From the NCBI GenBank assembly GCA_046598045.1, contig JBKJJJ010000085.1:1-43392 (forward strand): a stretch of DNA of 43,392 nucleotides. The letters run 5' to 3'. Within the stretch, counting starts at the first letter, position 1. Each line of letters opens with the position of its first letter. Of this stretch, positions 1 to 10,100 are shown in pieces. The notes below the pieces were generated by a model. The model ran no database searches and was not told the origin of the DNA. It saw only the letters and a program-made list of their open reading frames with translations. The stretch is from Candidatus Eiseniibacteriota bacterium. Its GTDB lineage: Bacteria > Eisenbacteria > RBG-16-71-46 > DASYSL01. Made by a program: the position numbers and the translations under genes.

Positions 1-1
1 C

Positions 2-1480
2 GGGCCGCCGTCGCTCGCGGTGCTGTACTTCGAGAACCTGGCGAGCGACCAGGAGAGCGAGTACTTCTGCGGCGGCATCACCGAGGACATCCTGACCGAC
101 CTGTCGAAGCTCCGCGGGCTGCGCGTCGCCTCGCGCAACGCGGTCGCGCGTTATCGCGGCGCGCCGGTGGACATCGCGAAGGTCGGCGCGGAGTTGGGCG
201 TGAGCGCCGTCCTCGAGGGCAGCGTGCGGCGCGCCGGGGATCGCGTGCGCATCAGCGCGCAGCTGATCAACGTCGCCGACGGGTTCCACCTGTGGGCCGA
301 GCGCTACGACCGCACGCTCGAGGACGTGTTCGCCGTGCAGGAGGAGATCGCCTCGTCGATCGCGGCCGCGCTCAGCGTCGCGTTGACGCCGAGCGAGTCG
401 GCGAACCTCGGCAAGGATCGGCCGAACGACGTGCGCGCGTATGACCTCTACCTCAAGGGGCGCGAGCGCTACAACCAGTACAAGGCCGAGTCGTTCAAGG
501 AGGCGCTCGCCCTGTTCCAGCAGGCGATCGCGCTCGACCCCGACTACGCGCTCGCCTGGGCGGGCATGGGCGACACCTACGGCCAGATGATCCAGTGGGG
601 CGGCGCGGATGTCGCCGAACTCTCCCGCCTCGGGCTCGAGGCGGCGCGCCGGGCGAGCGCGCTCAACCCGCGTCTCCCCGAGGCCTACAAGGCGGAAGGC
701 CTGGTACTCCGGTTCTCCGGCGACAAGGAGGGCGGGCGCGCGGCGCTGCTCAAGGCGATCGAGGTCAACGCGCGCTTCTCGCCCGCGCTCATCAATGTCG
801 GCGTCGACGATTTCGAGCGCGGAAACCTCGCGGGCGCGGAGCGTTACATGCGGCGCGCGCTCGAGGTCGACCCGCAGGAGGCCTTCGCCACGATGTGGTT
901 GGCCCTCCTCTGCGTTTTCACCGGCCGCTGGGACGAGGGGATGGCGCTGGCGCTGCGGGTGGTCAAGTTGTCGGACAACGCGATTTATCTCGTGGCATCC
1001 GCCACGATCCGCGCCTTGATCCACTTCCTGCGCGGAGAGCTCGATCCGGCCGAACAGGCGCTGCGCCAGGTCTCTGCGGACGAAAGCATCGGGGCAAACC
1101 TGCGGGCTTATGCCGCGAACATCGCGGCACGCCGCGGCCAAAAAGGCGAAGCCCGGCGCATGCTCGACGAGGTCGCGACGTCGAAGGGCCTCGGCTTCGG
1201 CCCCATCCTCGCGGCGGCGGGGACGGCCGTTCGCCTCGGGGACCTCGAGTTCGCGATGCGCATCCTCCTGCGGCCCCTCACGCGCGATCTCGCGGCCACG
1301 GCGGCCCGGCTCGACCCGGACTTGCACCCTCTGCTCGACCTCGAACCCCTCGCCCCGCGGCGGCGCGACGCCACTCTGATTTGGCCGCTCGAGGCGCCGA
1401 TGATCGACGCCGCGCGCTTTCGCCTGTTCCGCGAGGTCCGAATCGAATCCGGCATACCCGAGAGATCGGACCTCCGCTAG
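2..1480 (+). CDS. 5'-truncated TolB-N-like + TPR protein, probably the C-terminal half of a Ser/Thr kinase
   Basis: The frame is open from the window edge (GPPSLAVLYFENL...EYFCGGITEDILTDLSKL...LEGSVRRAGDRVRISAQLI...HLWAERYDR), followed by TPR-like helices (AYDLYLKGR, ALDPDYALAW). This is the same architecture as the C-terminal part of 4375..6621. Confidence 0.85.
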   Translation, partial: GPPSLAVLYFENLASDQESEYFCGGITEDILTDLSKLRGLRVASRNAVARYRGAPVDIAKVGAELGVSAVLEGSVRRAGDRVRISAQLINVADGFHLWAERYDRTLEDVFAVQEEIASSIAAALSVALTPSESANLGKDRPNDVRAYDLYLKGRERYNQYKAESFKEALALFQQAIALDPDYALAWAGMGDTYGQMIQWGGADVAELSRLGLEAARRASALNPRLPEAYKAEGLVLRFSGDKEGGRAALLKAIEVNARFSPALINVGVDDFERGNLAGAERYMRRALEVDPQEAFATMWLALLCVFTGRWDEGMALALRVVKLSDNAIYLVASATIRALIHFLRGELDPAEQALRQVSADESIGANLRAYAANIAARRGQKGEARRMLDEVATSKGLGFGPILAAAGTAVRLGDLEFAMRILLRPLTRDLAATAARLDPDLHPLLDLEPLAPRRRDATLIWPLEAPMIDAARFRLFREVRIESGIPERSDLR

Positions 1481-1489
1481 AGTGCCGCG

Positions 1490-4225
1490 ATGAGCCTCGA
1501 TCCCGGCACCAGACTCGGTCCCTACGAAATCGGCGCGCCGCTCGGCGCGGGCGGCATGGGCGAGGTCTATCGCGCGCGCGACACGCGCCTCGGCAGGGAC
1601 GTCGCGATCAAGGCGCTGCCCGCCGAGTTCGCGCGCGACCCCGAGCGCCTCGCGCGCTTCGAGCGCGAGGCCAAGCTGCTGGCCTCGCTCTCGCACCCGA
1701 ACATCGCGGGTATTTTCGGGCTCGAGCTGGTCGACGACCACCGCTACCTCGTGCTCGAGTACATCGAGGGCGAGACGCTCGCCGCCCGGCTCGCGTACGG
1801 TCCGCTCGCCGTGCCCGAGGCGGTCGAGATCTGCGCCGCGATCGCGGCCGCGCTCGAGAGCGCGCACGAGGGCGGCGTGGTGCATCGCGACCTCAAGCCC
1901 GGCAACGTCATGCTCACGCCCCAGGGCGCGGTCAAGGTGCTCGATTTCGGGCTCGCCAAGGGCGGCGGCGGCGCGACGCCCGGCTCGTCGCCCGACGGCG
2001 CGCTGTCGGCGTCGCCGACCATGACCTACGGCTACATGGGCACGGAGGCCGGCATGGTGCTCGGCACCGCGGCCTACATGTCGCCCGAGCAGGCGCGCGG
2101 CCGCGCGGTCGACAAGCGGACGGACATCTGGTCGTTCGGGTGCGTGCTGTTCGAATGCCTGACCGGCAAGCTGGCGTTCGCGGGCGAGACCGTGTCGGAC
2201 CTGATCGCGCACATCCTGACCGGCGAGCCCGACTGGGCCGCGCTGCCCGCCGCCACGCCGCCGCGCGTGCGCGAGCTGCTGCGCCGCTGCCTCGAGAAGG
2301 ACGCGCGCCGTCGCCTGCGCGACATGGGCGACGCGAGGATCGAGCTCGAGGAGGTGCTCTCGCCGCGCGGCAGCGCGTCGAGCGCGGCGTATTCGACCGC
2401 CATCGCGGGCGCGGTGGACGCGGCGACGGCCGCCGCTGCGGCGCCTCGCAAGTCGAGCGGCGTCGGGCGGCAGCTTGCGGCCGCGGTCGCGGGAGCAGTG
2501 ATCGCGGTGGTCGCGGGCAAGCTGATCTCGCCGCTCCTTCCGGGAAGGCATGCCGCCGCGCGGGCGCCGATCCGGTTCGAGGTCCCCGAGACCGCAGGCA
2601 TGCGCATGCCCGGGGACGGCGCGTTGCAGGCGATCTCGCCGGACGGCACGCGGATCGTGTTCGTGGCGGGCGACAGCCTGAAGAGCAGGCTCTGGGTGCG
2701 CACGCTCGAGACCCTGGCGGCGCGGCCGCTCGAGGGCACCGAGGATGGCATCCAGCCGTTCTGGTCGCCCGACGGCAGGAGCATCGGCTTCTTCACGGGG
2801 ACCAAGCTCAAGCGCGTTCCGGCTGCGGGGGGCGAGGTCGACGAGCTGTGTGACGTCAAGCGCGCGCGTGGCGGAGCGTGGAGCCGGAACGACCAGATCG
2901 TGTTCGCCCCGTCCTCGGACGGGCCACTCTCGGTGATCGCGGCCGCCGGCGGAGAGCCGCGCCAGGTCACGGTGATCGACAGCGCGCGCGGGGAGACCGG
3001 ACATCGCGCGCCCGACTTCCTGCCGGACGGGAAACACTTCCTCTACAGCTCGCTGCCGCCGCGCGAGGGCAAGTACCGCATCATGATCGGCTCGCTCGAT
3101 GGGGCGAAGCCCGAGTCCCTGACCGCCACGACCTCCGGTGTGCGCTATGCCGAGCCAGGCTATCTGCTCTCCCTGGCGAGCAGCCAGCTCACTGCCGCGC
3201 GCTTCGACGCCTCGTCCCGCCGGATGAAGGGCCCGCCCGTCGTGCTACGCGACCTGATGGTGCCATCGAACATCGCGGGCTCCTCCGGGTTCTCGGTGTC
3301 GGGGAACGGACGGGTGTCCTATCCGACGTTCCTGGTCACGCGCTCGAAGCTAGCCTGGTTCAACCCGGCGGGCGGCGCGCTGACGGCGACGCCGCTCGAG
3401 GCCGCGGAGTACACCGGAGGCGTGGCGCTCTCGCCGGACGATCGCCGGGTCGCGATCGGCCGCGCGGAGGGGATCGCCCTCCCCGAGGTGTGGGTCGGCG
3501 ATCTCGAGCGCGGGACGATCTCCCGGTTCTCGCAGGAGACGGGAATCAACGAAGAGCCGCACTGGTCGCCCGACGGCACGCTCATCGCGTACCAGGCGAG
3601 CACCGCAGGCCCGCAGTGGTTCATCGTGCGGGCGCTGAGCGGGAACCCGCAGCCGCGCAGCTACCTCGCGTCGGATCCGGCGTTCAAGTTGCTGACCGAC
3701 TGGTCGCCCGACGGCACGATGCTCGTGTTCGACCGGCAGGCGGCGGCGACGCGCTGGGACCTCTGGCTCCAGCCGCTCGAGGCCGGCGCTCCCGCGCGCC
3801 CGTACTTGCAAACCCCGTTCAACGAGCAGGGTGGGAAGATCTCGCCCGACGGCAAGTGGATCGTCTATGTCTCGGACGAATCGGGGCGCCCGGAGATCTA
3901 CGTGCAATCGTTTCCGACACCCGGATCGAAGTACCAGGTTACGACCGGCGGCGGCGCCCAGTCGGCTTGGACCGCAGATGGCAGGAGCCTGACGTTCGGG
4001 GTCGAGGGGGAGCCGTTGGTGCTCAAGATCGCGGACATCATCCCGGGCCCGGAGTTTCGGCTCGGGCCGATGCGATCCGTAGGGCGGTTCCCGCCCAATC
4101 TCCGCGGGGGCGACCTCACCCACCACGGGATGCGTGCCTTGCTGCTGCTTCCCGAGGGCAAGGCGCCGACGTCCTCGCTCACCGTCGTGCTCGACTGGCC
4201 GGCGGCGCTGCGCGCGCGCTTGTAA
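1490..4225 (+). CDS. Hanks-type Ser/Thr protein kinase with TM segment and PD40/TolB-like beta-propeller
   Basis: Kinase motifs GAGGMGEVY, VAIK, HRDLKPGN, DFGLAK, YMSPEQ and DIWSFG; a hydrophobic stretch (LAAAVAGAVIAVVAG); repeated (W/I)SPDG motifs. Confidence 0.93.
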   Translation: MSLDPGTRLGPYEIGAPLGAGGMGEVYRARDTRLGRDVAIKALPAEFARDPERLARFEREAKLLASLSHPNIAGIFGLELVDDHRYLVLEYIEGETLAARLAYGPLAVPEAVEICAAIAAALESAHEGGVVHRDLKPGNVMLTPQGAVKVLDFGLAKGGGGATPGSSPDGALSASPTMTYGYMGTEAGMVLGTAAYMSPEQARGRAVDKRTDIWSFGCVLFECLTGKLAFAGETVSDLIAHILTGEPDWAALPAATPPRVRELLRRCLEKDARRRLRDMGDARIELEEVLSPRGSASSAAYSTAIAGAVDAATAAAAAPRKSSGVGRQLAAAVAGAVIAVVAGKLISPLLPGRHAAARAPIRFEVPETAGMRMPGDGALQAISPDGTRIVFVAGDSLKSRLWVRTLETLAARPLEGTEDGIQPFWSPDGRSIGFFTGTKLKRVPAAGGEVDELCDVKRARGGAWSRNDQIVFAPSSDGPLSVIAAAGGEPRQVTVIDSARGETGHRAPDFLPDGKHFLYSSLPPREGKYRIMIGSLDGAKPESLTATTSGVRYAEPGYLLSLASSQLTAARFDASSRRMKGPPVVLRDLMVPSNIAGSSGFSVSGNGRVSYPTFLVTRSKLAWFNPAGGALTATPLEAAEYTGGVALSPDDRRVAIGRAEGIALPEVWVGDLERGTISRFSQETGINEEPHWSPDGTLIAYQASTAGPQWFIVRALSGNPQPRSYLASDPAFKLLTDWSPDGTMLVFDRQAAATRWDLWLQPLEAGAPARPYLQTPFNEQGGKISPDGKWIVYVSDESGRPEIYVQSFPTPGSKYQVTTGGGAQSAWTADGRSLTFGVEGEPLVLKIADIIPGPEFRLGPMRSVGRFPPNLRGGDLTHHGMRALLLLPEGKAPTSSLTVVLDWPAALRARL

Positions 4226-4291
4226 AGCCCCGGGTCCGAAGCCTTCTTCGCAGGCGTGCGTATGTTTTGTACGAAACGTACGTTTGGTATG
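4220..4291 (+). repeat. Dispersed GTAC-array element, copy A
   Basis: TTGTAAaGCCCCGGG...TCTtCGCAGG, then CGTATG/TGTACG/CGTACG/GGTATG at 4259, 4268, 4277 and 4286 (9-bp period). Aligns without gaps to 26156-26227. Confidence 0.8.
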
Positions 4292-4374
4292 CAGGCCTGC
4301 GCGCAGATGCCCGCCCCCGGGCCTGACATTTTCGGCTAAATTCCTCGCATGCCCCTCGTGCCCACGCCGCGCCC

Positions 4375-6621
4375 ATGCCCATGATCGGCAAAACGCTCTC
4401 GCACTATCGCATTGTCGAAGCGCTCGCCGCGGGCGGCATGGGCGAGGTCTATCGCGCGCACGATACACACCTCGGCCGCGACGTCGCGGTCAAGGTGCTG
4501 TTGCCCGGCGCCCTCGCCGACACGACGACGCGCGAGCGCTTTCGCCAGGAGGCGCACGTGCTGTCGCGCCTGTCGCACCCGGGCGTGGCCACGATCTTCG
4601 ACTTCGACACGCAGGACGGGCTCGACTTCCTCGTGATGGAGTACGTGCCCGGCGGCACGCTCGCGTCGAAGCTCGCCGACGGTCCGCTGCCGCTCGACGA
4701 GGTGCTGCGTGTCGGCGCCGAGATCGGCGAGGCGCTCGCCGATGCGCACCGGGGCGGGTTCGTGCACCGGGACCTGAAGCCGGGCAACGTCGTCCTCACC
4801 GCTTCGGGCACGCCCAAGATCCTCGACTTCGGCATCGCCGGCCTGCTCCACGAGACGCACGAGCGCACGCAGCTCACGCAGCCCGGCGTCGTGCTCGGCT
4901 CGCTGCCGTACATGGCGCCCGAGCAGTTGCGCGGCGAGCCCGAGGACCTGCGCGCCGACCTCTACGCGTTCGGCGTCGTGCTCTACGAGATGACGGCCGG
5001 GCAGCGCCCGTTCGACAAGCCGCGGCCCGAGGCGCTGATGTTCGACGTGCTCCACGCGGCGCCGCCGTCGCTGCGTTCATTACGTCCGGACGCGCCGGTC
5101 GAGCTCGATCGCCTGGTTGCGTCGTGCCTGAGCAAGGAGATCGCGCAGCGGCCCGCCTCGGCGGGAGACGTGAGCGCGGCGCTCCGGCGCATGCGCGAGG
5201 GCTTGCGCGCCGGCCTCGTGGTCGACGCCGGCAAGGACGTGATCCGCTCGCTCGCGGTGATCCCGCTCGAGAACGTGTCGCGCGACCCGGCACAGGAGTA
5301 CTTCGCCGATGGCATGACCGAGGCGCTGATCTCGGACCTCGCGCGGCTCAAGGCGCTGCGCGTGATCTCGCGCACCTCGGCGATGAAGTACAAGGGATCG
5401 CCGAAATCCCTGCCCGAGATCGCGCGCGAGCTCAACGTCGACGCGATCCTCGAGGGCTCGGCGCTGCTCGTCGGAAAGCGTGTACGGATCAGCGTGCAGC
5501 TCGTGTCCGCGCGCGCGGACGAGACGCTGTGGGCCGATCGCTACGACGGCGATCTCGAGGACGTGCTCGACCTGCAGAGCCGCGTCGCGGAGACCGTCGC
5601 GAAGGAGATCGCGATCCACGTCACGCCGCGCGAGGCGACGCAACTCGCGAAGCGCCAGCCGGTCAATCCCGAGGCGCACCTCGAATACCTCAAGGGCCGG
5701 CACAATCTCGACGCCACGTCCCCGCAGGCGATCGACCTGAGCCTTCGGCACTTTCAGCGCGCGATCGACCTGGATCCGACGTTCGCGCCGGCGTGGGCGG
5801 GGCTCGGCCACTCCCACTGGGTGCGCGCCAGCCGCGGGATGGCGGCCCCGGCCGAAGCCACCGCGCTCGCCCGCGCGGCCGCGCTGCGGGCGCTCGAGCT
5901 CGACCCGGGGGAGGCTGAGGCCTACGCGCTGCTCGGCATGCTCGACTCACGGTTCCAGAGCATCGCGCAGGGGATCCAATCGCTCGAGCGCGCGATCGAA
6001 CTGAATCCCGGCCTGGTCGACGCGTACGTCTGGCTCGGCCGCCTGCAGTATTGCTCCGGGCGACACGCACAGGCGCAGGCGACGATGCTCAAGGCATTGA
6101 GCCTCGATCCGATGTCGATGATCCACCACACAAGCGTCGGCGACGCCTACTACTACGCGCGCGACTACGAGCGCTCGGTCGTCTACTACCGGAGGGCGGT
6201 CGAGCTCGACCCGCGGTTCGACGGCGCGCACACCGATCTCGCACGCTCGCTCGAGGCGCTGGGCCGTTTCGACGAGGCGCGCACGGAGTACGAAGCTGGC
6301 CGTCGCCTCGCCGGCGGTGTCGCCGGGCCGTCGTTCGGTCTCGCGCACCTCGAGGCGAGCCTGGGAAACGTGGCCGGCGCGCGCCGGATCCTCGACGACC
6401 TGGTGCTCGCGCGCTCCACGCGGGTGGTCTCGGCGTGGGGGATCGCCGCATTGCACGCGAGCCTGGGCGACATCGACGAGGCGTTCCTCTGGTTGGACGT
6501 CGCGGTCGAGGAGGGCGCGACCGGATTGATGTTCCTGCTCGTCCACCCCCGCCTCGACCCGATCCGGCCGGACCCGCGCTACCTCCAGCTGCTCGAGCGG
6601 GTCGGCTTCGACGTCGTCTGA
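4375..6621 (+). CDS. Hanks-type Ser/Thr protein kinase with TolB-N-like and TPR domains (start may be 4381)
   Basis: AAGGMGEVY, HRDLKPGN, DFGIA and YMAPEQ, then SLAVIPLENVSRDPAQEYFADGMTEALI and multiple TPR repeats. Confidence 0.93.
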   Translation: MPMIGKTLSHYRIVEALAAGGMGEVYRAHDTHLGRDVAVKVLLPGALADTTTRERFRQEAHVLSRLSHPGVATIFDFDTQDGLDFLVMEYVPGGTLASKLADGPLPLDEVLRVGAEIGEALADAHRGGFVHRDLKPGNVVLTASGTPKILDFGIAGLLHETHERTQLTQPGVVLGSLPYMAPEQLRGEPEDLRADLYAFGVVLYEMTAGQRPFDKPRPEALMFDVLHAAPPSLRSLRPDAPVELDRLVASCLSKEIAQRPASAGDVSAALRRMREGLRAGLVVDAGKDVIRSLAVIPLENVSRDPAQEYFADGMTEALISDLARLKALRVISRTSAMKYKGSPKSLPEIARELNVDAILEGSALLVGKRVRISVQLVSARADETLWADRYDGDLEDVLDLQSRVAETVAKEIAIHVTPREATQLAKRQPVNPEAHLEYLKGRHNLDATSPQAIDLSLRHFQRAIDLDPTFAPAWAGLGHSHWVRASRGMAAPAEATALARAAALRALELDPGEAEAYALLGMLDSRFQSIAQGIQSLERAIELNPGLVDAYVWLGRLQYCSGRHAQAQATMLKALSLDPMSMIHHTSVGDAYYYARDYERSVVYYRRAVELDPRFDGAHTDLARSLEALGRFDEARTEYEAGRRLAGGVAGPSFGLAHLEASLGNVAGARRILDDLVLARSTRVVSAWGIAALHASLGDIDEAFLWLDVAVEEGATGLMFLLVHPRLDPIRPDPRYLQLLERVGFDVV

Positions 6622-6630
6622 GGCGCAGGT

Positions 6631-7035
6631 ATGAGCTTCCTCGCGTCGTGGAAACAGCGCGTGCGCGAACTCCGCGTGGAGATCCACGCGCTCTATCTCG
6701 CCTGCCGCGACCCGCGCGTGCCGTGGTACGCGAAGGCGTTCGCGGCGTGCGTCGTCGGCTACGCGCTCAGCCCGATCGACCTGATCCCCGACTTCATCCC
6801 CGTGTTGGGTTACCTCGACGACCTCGTGCTCGTCCCGCTGGGCATCGTGCTCGCTCGCCGGATGATTCCGAAGGAGGTCCTGGCGGAGTGCCGGGAGCGG
6901 GCGCGCGCCGCCGTGGCGGAGGGGGTGCCGGTCAATCGCACGGCGGCGGCGATCATCATCGGGATCTGGGTGCTGGGGGCGGCAGCGACGGGGTGGCTTG
7001 TGATGCGGTATCTCGCGAGGCGCAACGCGGTCTGA
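6631..7035 (+). CDS. DUF1232 (YkvA-like) membrane protein
   Basis: DPRVPWYAK...[22 protein letters not shown] signature. Confidence 0.92.
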   Translation: MSFLASWKQRVRELRVEIHALYLACRDPRVPWYAKAFAACVVGYALSPIDLIPDFIPVLGYLDDLVLVPLGIVLARRMIPKEVLAECRERARAAVAEGVPVNRTAAAIIIGIWVLGAAATGWLVMRYLARRNAV

Positions 7036-7112
7036 CCCGGATCGGCAGGTCCACTCCGACATTGTCCCCGCCCTATTGTATCGTCGCCCTCCCCGACCCG
7101 GAGGAATTGCCC

Positions 7113-10100
7113 TTGCGCGCTGGCCCTGATGGACTTCGCTTCTCGCCTTCCGACCTCAACTTCTTCGCCGATTGCGAGCACCTCGCGTGGCTCGAGGGCC
7201 AGGCCGCGCGCGGCCTGCGCGTGCCCGACGCCGCCGAGCGCGACCCGATGTCCGACCTGCTCGCCCGGCGCGGGCTGGAGCACGAGAAGGTGTACCTCGC
7301 GGCGTGCGCGCTCCCGGTCACGCGCATTCCGTATGACCCGGGCAATCCGGCGCCCGCAGTTCGGGCGACGCGCAAAGCGATGGAGCGCGGCGACCCGGTG
7401 ATCTACCAGGGCGTGCTCGAGCACGGGCGATGGCTCGGGATCGCGGACTTCCTCGAGCGCGTCGAGACGCCGTCCGATCTCGGCGCGTGGAGCTACGAGG
7501 CGGCCGACACGAAGCTCGGGCGCACGACCAAGGCGTACTACCTGCTCCAGCTCTCGCTCTACAGCGAGCTGATCGCGCGGGTGCAGGGCACGCCGCCGGT
7601 CCGCATGCACGCGATCCTCGCCGGGCAGGTGCGCGACAGCTACGTGTGCCGCGACTTCGGCGCGTACTTCCGCGCGCTGCGCGAGCGCTTCGTTGCCACG
7701 GTCGAGGCCGGCTCCGAGCCCTCGTACCCGCTGCCGGTCGAGCATTGCGCGATGTGCCGCTGGGCCACGACCTGCGAGCGCCGCCGCGAGGCCGACGATC
7801 ACCTCTGCCGCGTCGCGAACATCCGGCGCACGCAGATGGCGCGGCTCGCCAAGGCCGGCGTAAGCACGCTGGCGCAGCTCGCCGGGCTGCCCGAGAGCGA
7901 GCGCGTGCCGCGCATCCCCGCGCCCACGCTCGACACGCTGCGCGCGCAGGCCCGCCTCCAGGCGGCGCAGAACGCGACCGGCGAGGCGAGCTACGAGCTG
8001 CTCGCGCCGCTCCCCGCGCGCGGATTCGCGCTGCTGCCTGAGCCGTCACCGGGCGACGTGTTCTTCGACATGGAGGGCGATCCGTACTTCGAGGGCGGCG
8101 GGCTCGAGTACCTGTTCGGCGCGGCGTTCGCGGACGGCACGCCGTACCGCGCGTGGTGGGGGCACAGCCACGCCGAGGAGCGCCAGGCGTTCGAGGCGTT
8201 CATCGACTTCGTGGTCGCGCGCCGCGCCGCCGACCCTGCGATGCACGTTTATCACTACGCGCCCTACGAGCCGAGCGCGCTCAAACGCCTCGCTGGCCGC
8301 TACGGCACGCGCGAGGCCGAGCTCGACGACCTGCTGCGGGGCGAGGTGCTGGTCGACCTCTACCGCGTCGTGCGGCAGGGGCTGCGCGCGTCGTATCCGA
8401 GCTACTCGATCAAGGACATCGAGCACTTCTACATGGGCCCGCGCGAGGCCGCGGTCAAGAACGCAGGCGCCTCGATCGTCGAGTACGAGCTCTGGCTCGA
8501 GACGCACGAAGCCGGGAAGCTCGAGGCGATCGAGCGCTACAACGAGGAGGACTGCGTCTCCACGCGGCTCCTGCGCGACTGGGTGATGGCGCGCAAGGCG
8601 GAGGCCTTTGCGAAGTTCGGGGAGGCGCCGCCTCCTCCTCCTCCAGATGCGCCGAAGGAGCGCAGCGAGGACTCGCTGCGGCTCGAGGCCGAACGCTCGG
8701 CGCTGGTGGCAAATCTGCTCGACGGCCTTGGGCCCGACCCTTTGGCGCTCGAAGGCGCGGACCGCGCGCGCTGGCTGATGGCGCAGCTCATCGACTATCA
8801 CCAACGCGAGGCGCGGCCCGTGTGGTGGTCGTTCTTCGATCGCATGCAGATGACCGACGAGGCCCTGCTCGATGACGGCGAGTCGATCGGCGGGCTCGTG
8901 CCCGAGCCTGCCGAGCCGCCCGTCAAGGTCGCGAGGTCGCTCCACCACACGCTGCGGTTCCCGGCGCAGGAGTTCAAGCTCTCGCCCGGCGCCGACGTTC
9001 TCGATCCCGCGACCGGAAAGTCTGCGGGCAGCCTGGTCGAGATCGACCCACGCACCGGCCGCGCCGTGCTCAAGCGCGGACCGACCCTCGCCGGGGTGCC
9101 GCTGCCGCGCGCGCTCATCCCGGGCGCGCCCTACAACACTGCCATGCAACGCGCGGCCTTGCGGAGACTCGGGGGCTCCATCGCAAGTCACGGCGTGGAT
9201 GGCGAGGGTGCCTATCGCGCCCTGCGCGACCTGTTGACGGGAGCGCCCCCACGCATTGCGGGCCACCCACCAGGCTCGGCGTTGCAGGGCGCGCACCTCG
9301 ATCTCGAACAGGCGTGGAGGATCGTCTCGGCCCTCGACCGGGGCGCACTCTTCGTCCAGGGCCCGCCGGGCGCCGGCAAGACGTGGCTGGGCGCGCGCCT
9401 GATCGTGCGCCTGATGCGCGCGGGCGGGACGGTCGGTGTGACCGCGCTCTCGCATCGCGCGATCCACAACCTGCTGCACGAGGTCGAGGCGGTCGCGCAC
9501 GCCGAAGGGTTTGCGTTTCACGGCCTCAAGAAAAGCTCGGGTGAGGGCGAGTCTCAGTTCGTCTCGGAGTTGGCGATGCCCATGATCACGAACGTCGCGG
9601 ACAACCCCACGAGCATGCCCCGGGGCATGTTGCTGCTCGCGGGAACCGCGTGGCTGTTTTCACGTCCCGAGCTCGACGCCTCCCTGGACGTGCTGTTCAT
9701 CGACGAGGCGGGGCAGGTGTCGCTCGCGGATGCGCTCGCGGTCGGAACGGCCGCCACGAACCTCGTGCTGCTCGGCGACCCGCAGCAGCTTCCGCAGGTT
9801 TCGCAGGCCGTCCACCCGCCCGGCGCCGGCGCGTCCGTGCTGGAGCACGTGCTCGGCTCCGATGACACGATTCCGCCCGAGCGCGGCCTGTTCCTCGACC
9901 AGACGTGGCGCATGCATCCGGGGGTGTGCGCGTTCATCTCCGAGCTGGCGTACGACGGGCGACTCGCGTCTGCGCCCGGGCGCGATCGGCAGGAGGTGGC
10001 CTCGCCCACCGGGCTCTCGGGAGCGGGGCTGCGCTACCTGCCGGTGGCGCACTCCGGCAATTCGCAGCGCTCGACCGAGGAGGCGGACGTGATCGCGCGC

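Noticed and set aside
4259..4291. GTAC arrays as a mini-CRISPR or integron attC site
   Set aside because: Units are only 9 bp with no unique spacers, there are no cas or integrase genes, and no RYYYAAC/GTTRRRY ends were found.
6051..7112. N-terminal extension of the 1485-aa ORF
   Set aside because: Overlaps the kinase and DUF1232 genes in another frame and is Arg/Pro/Gly-rich noise; family-like sequence and an RBS begin near 7113.
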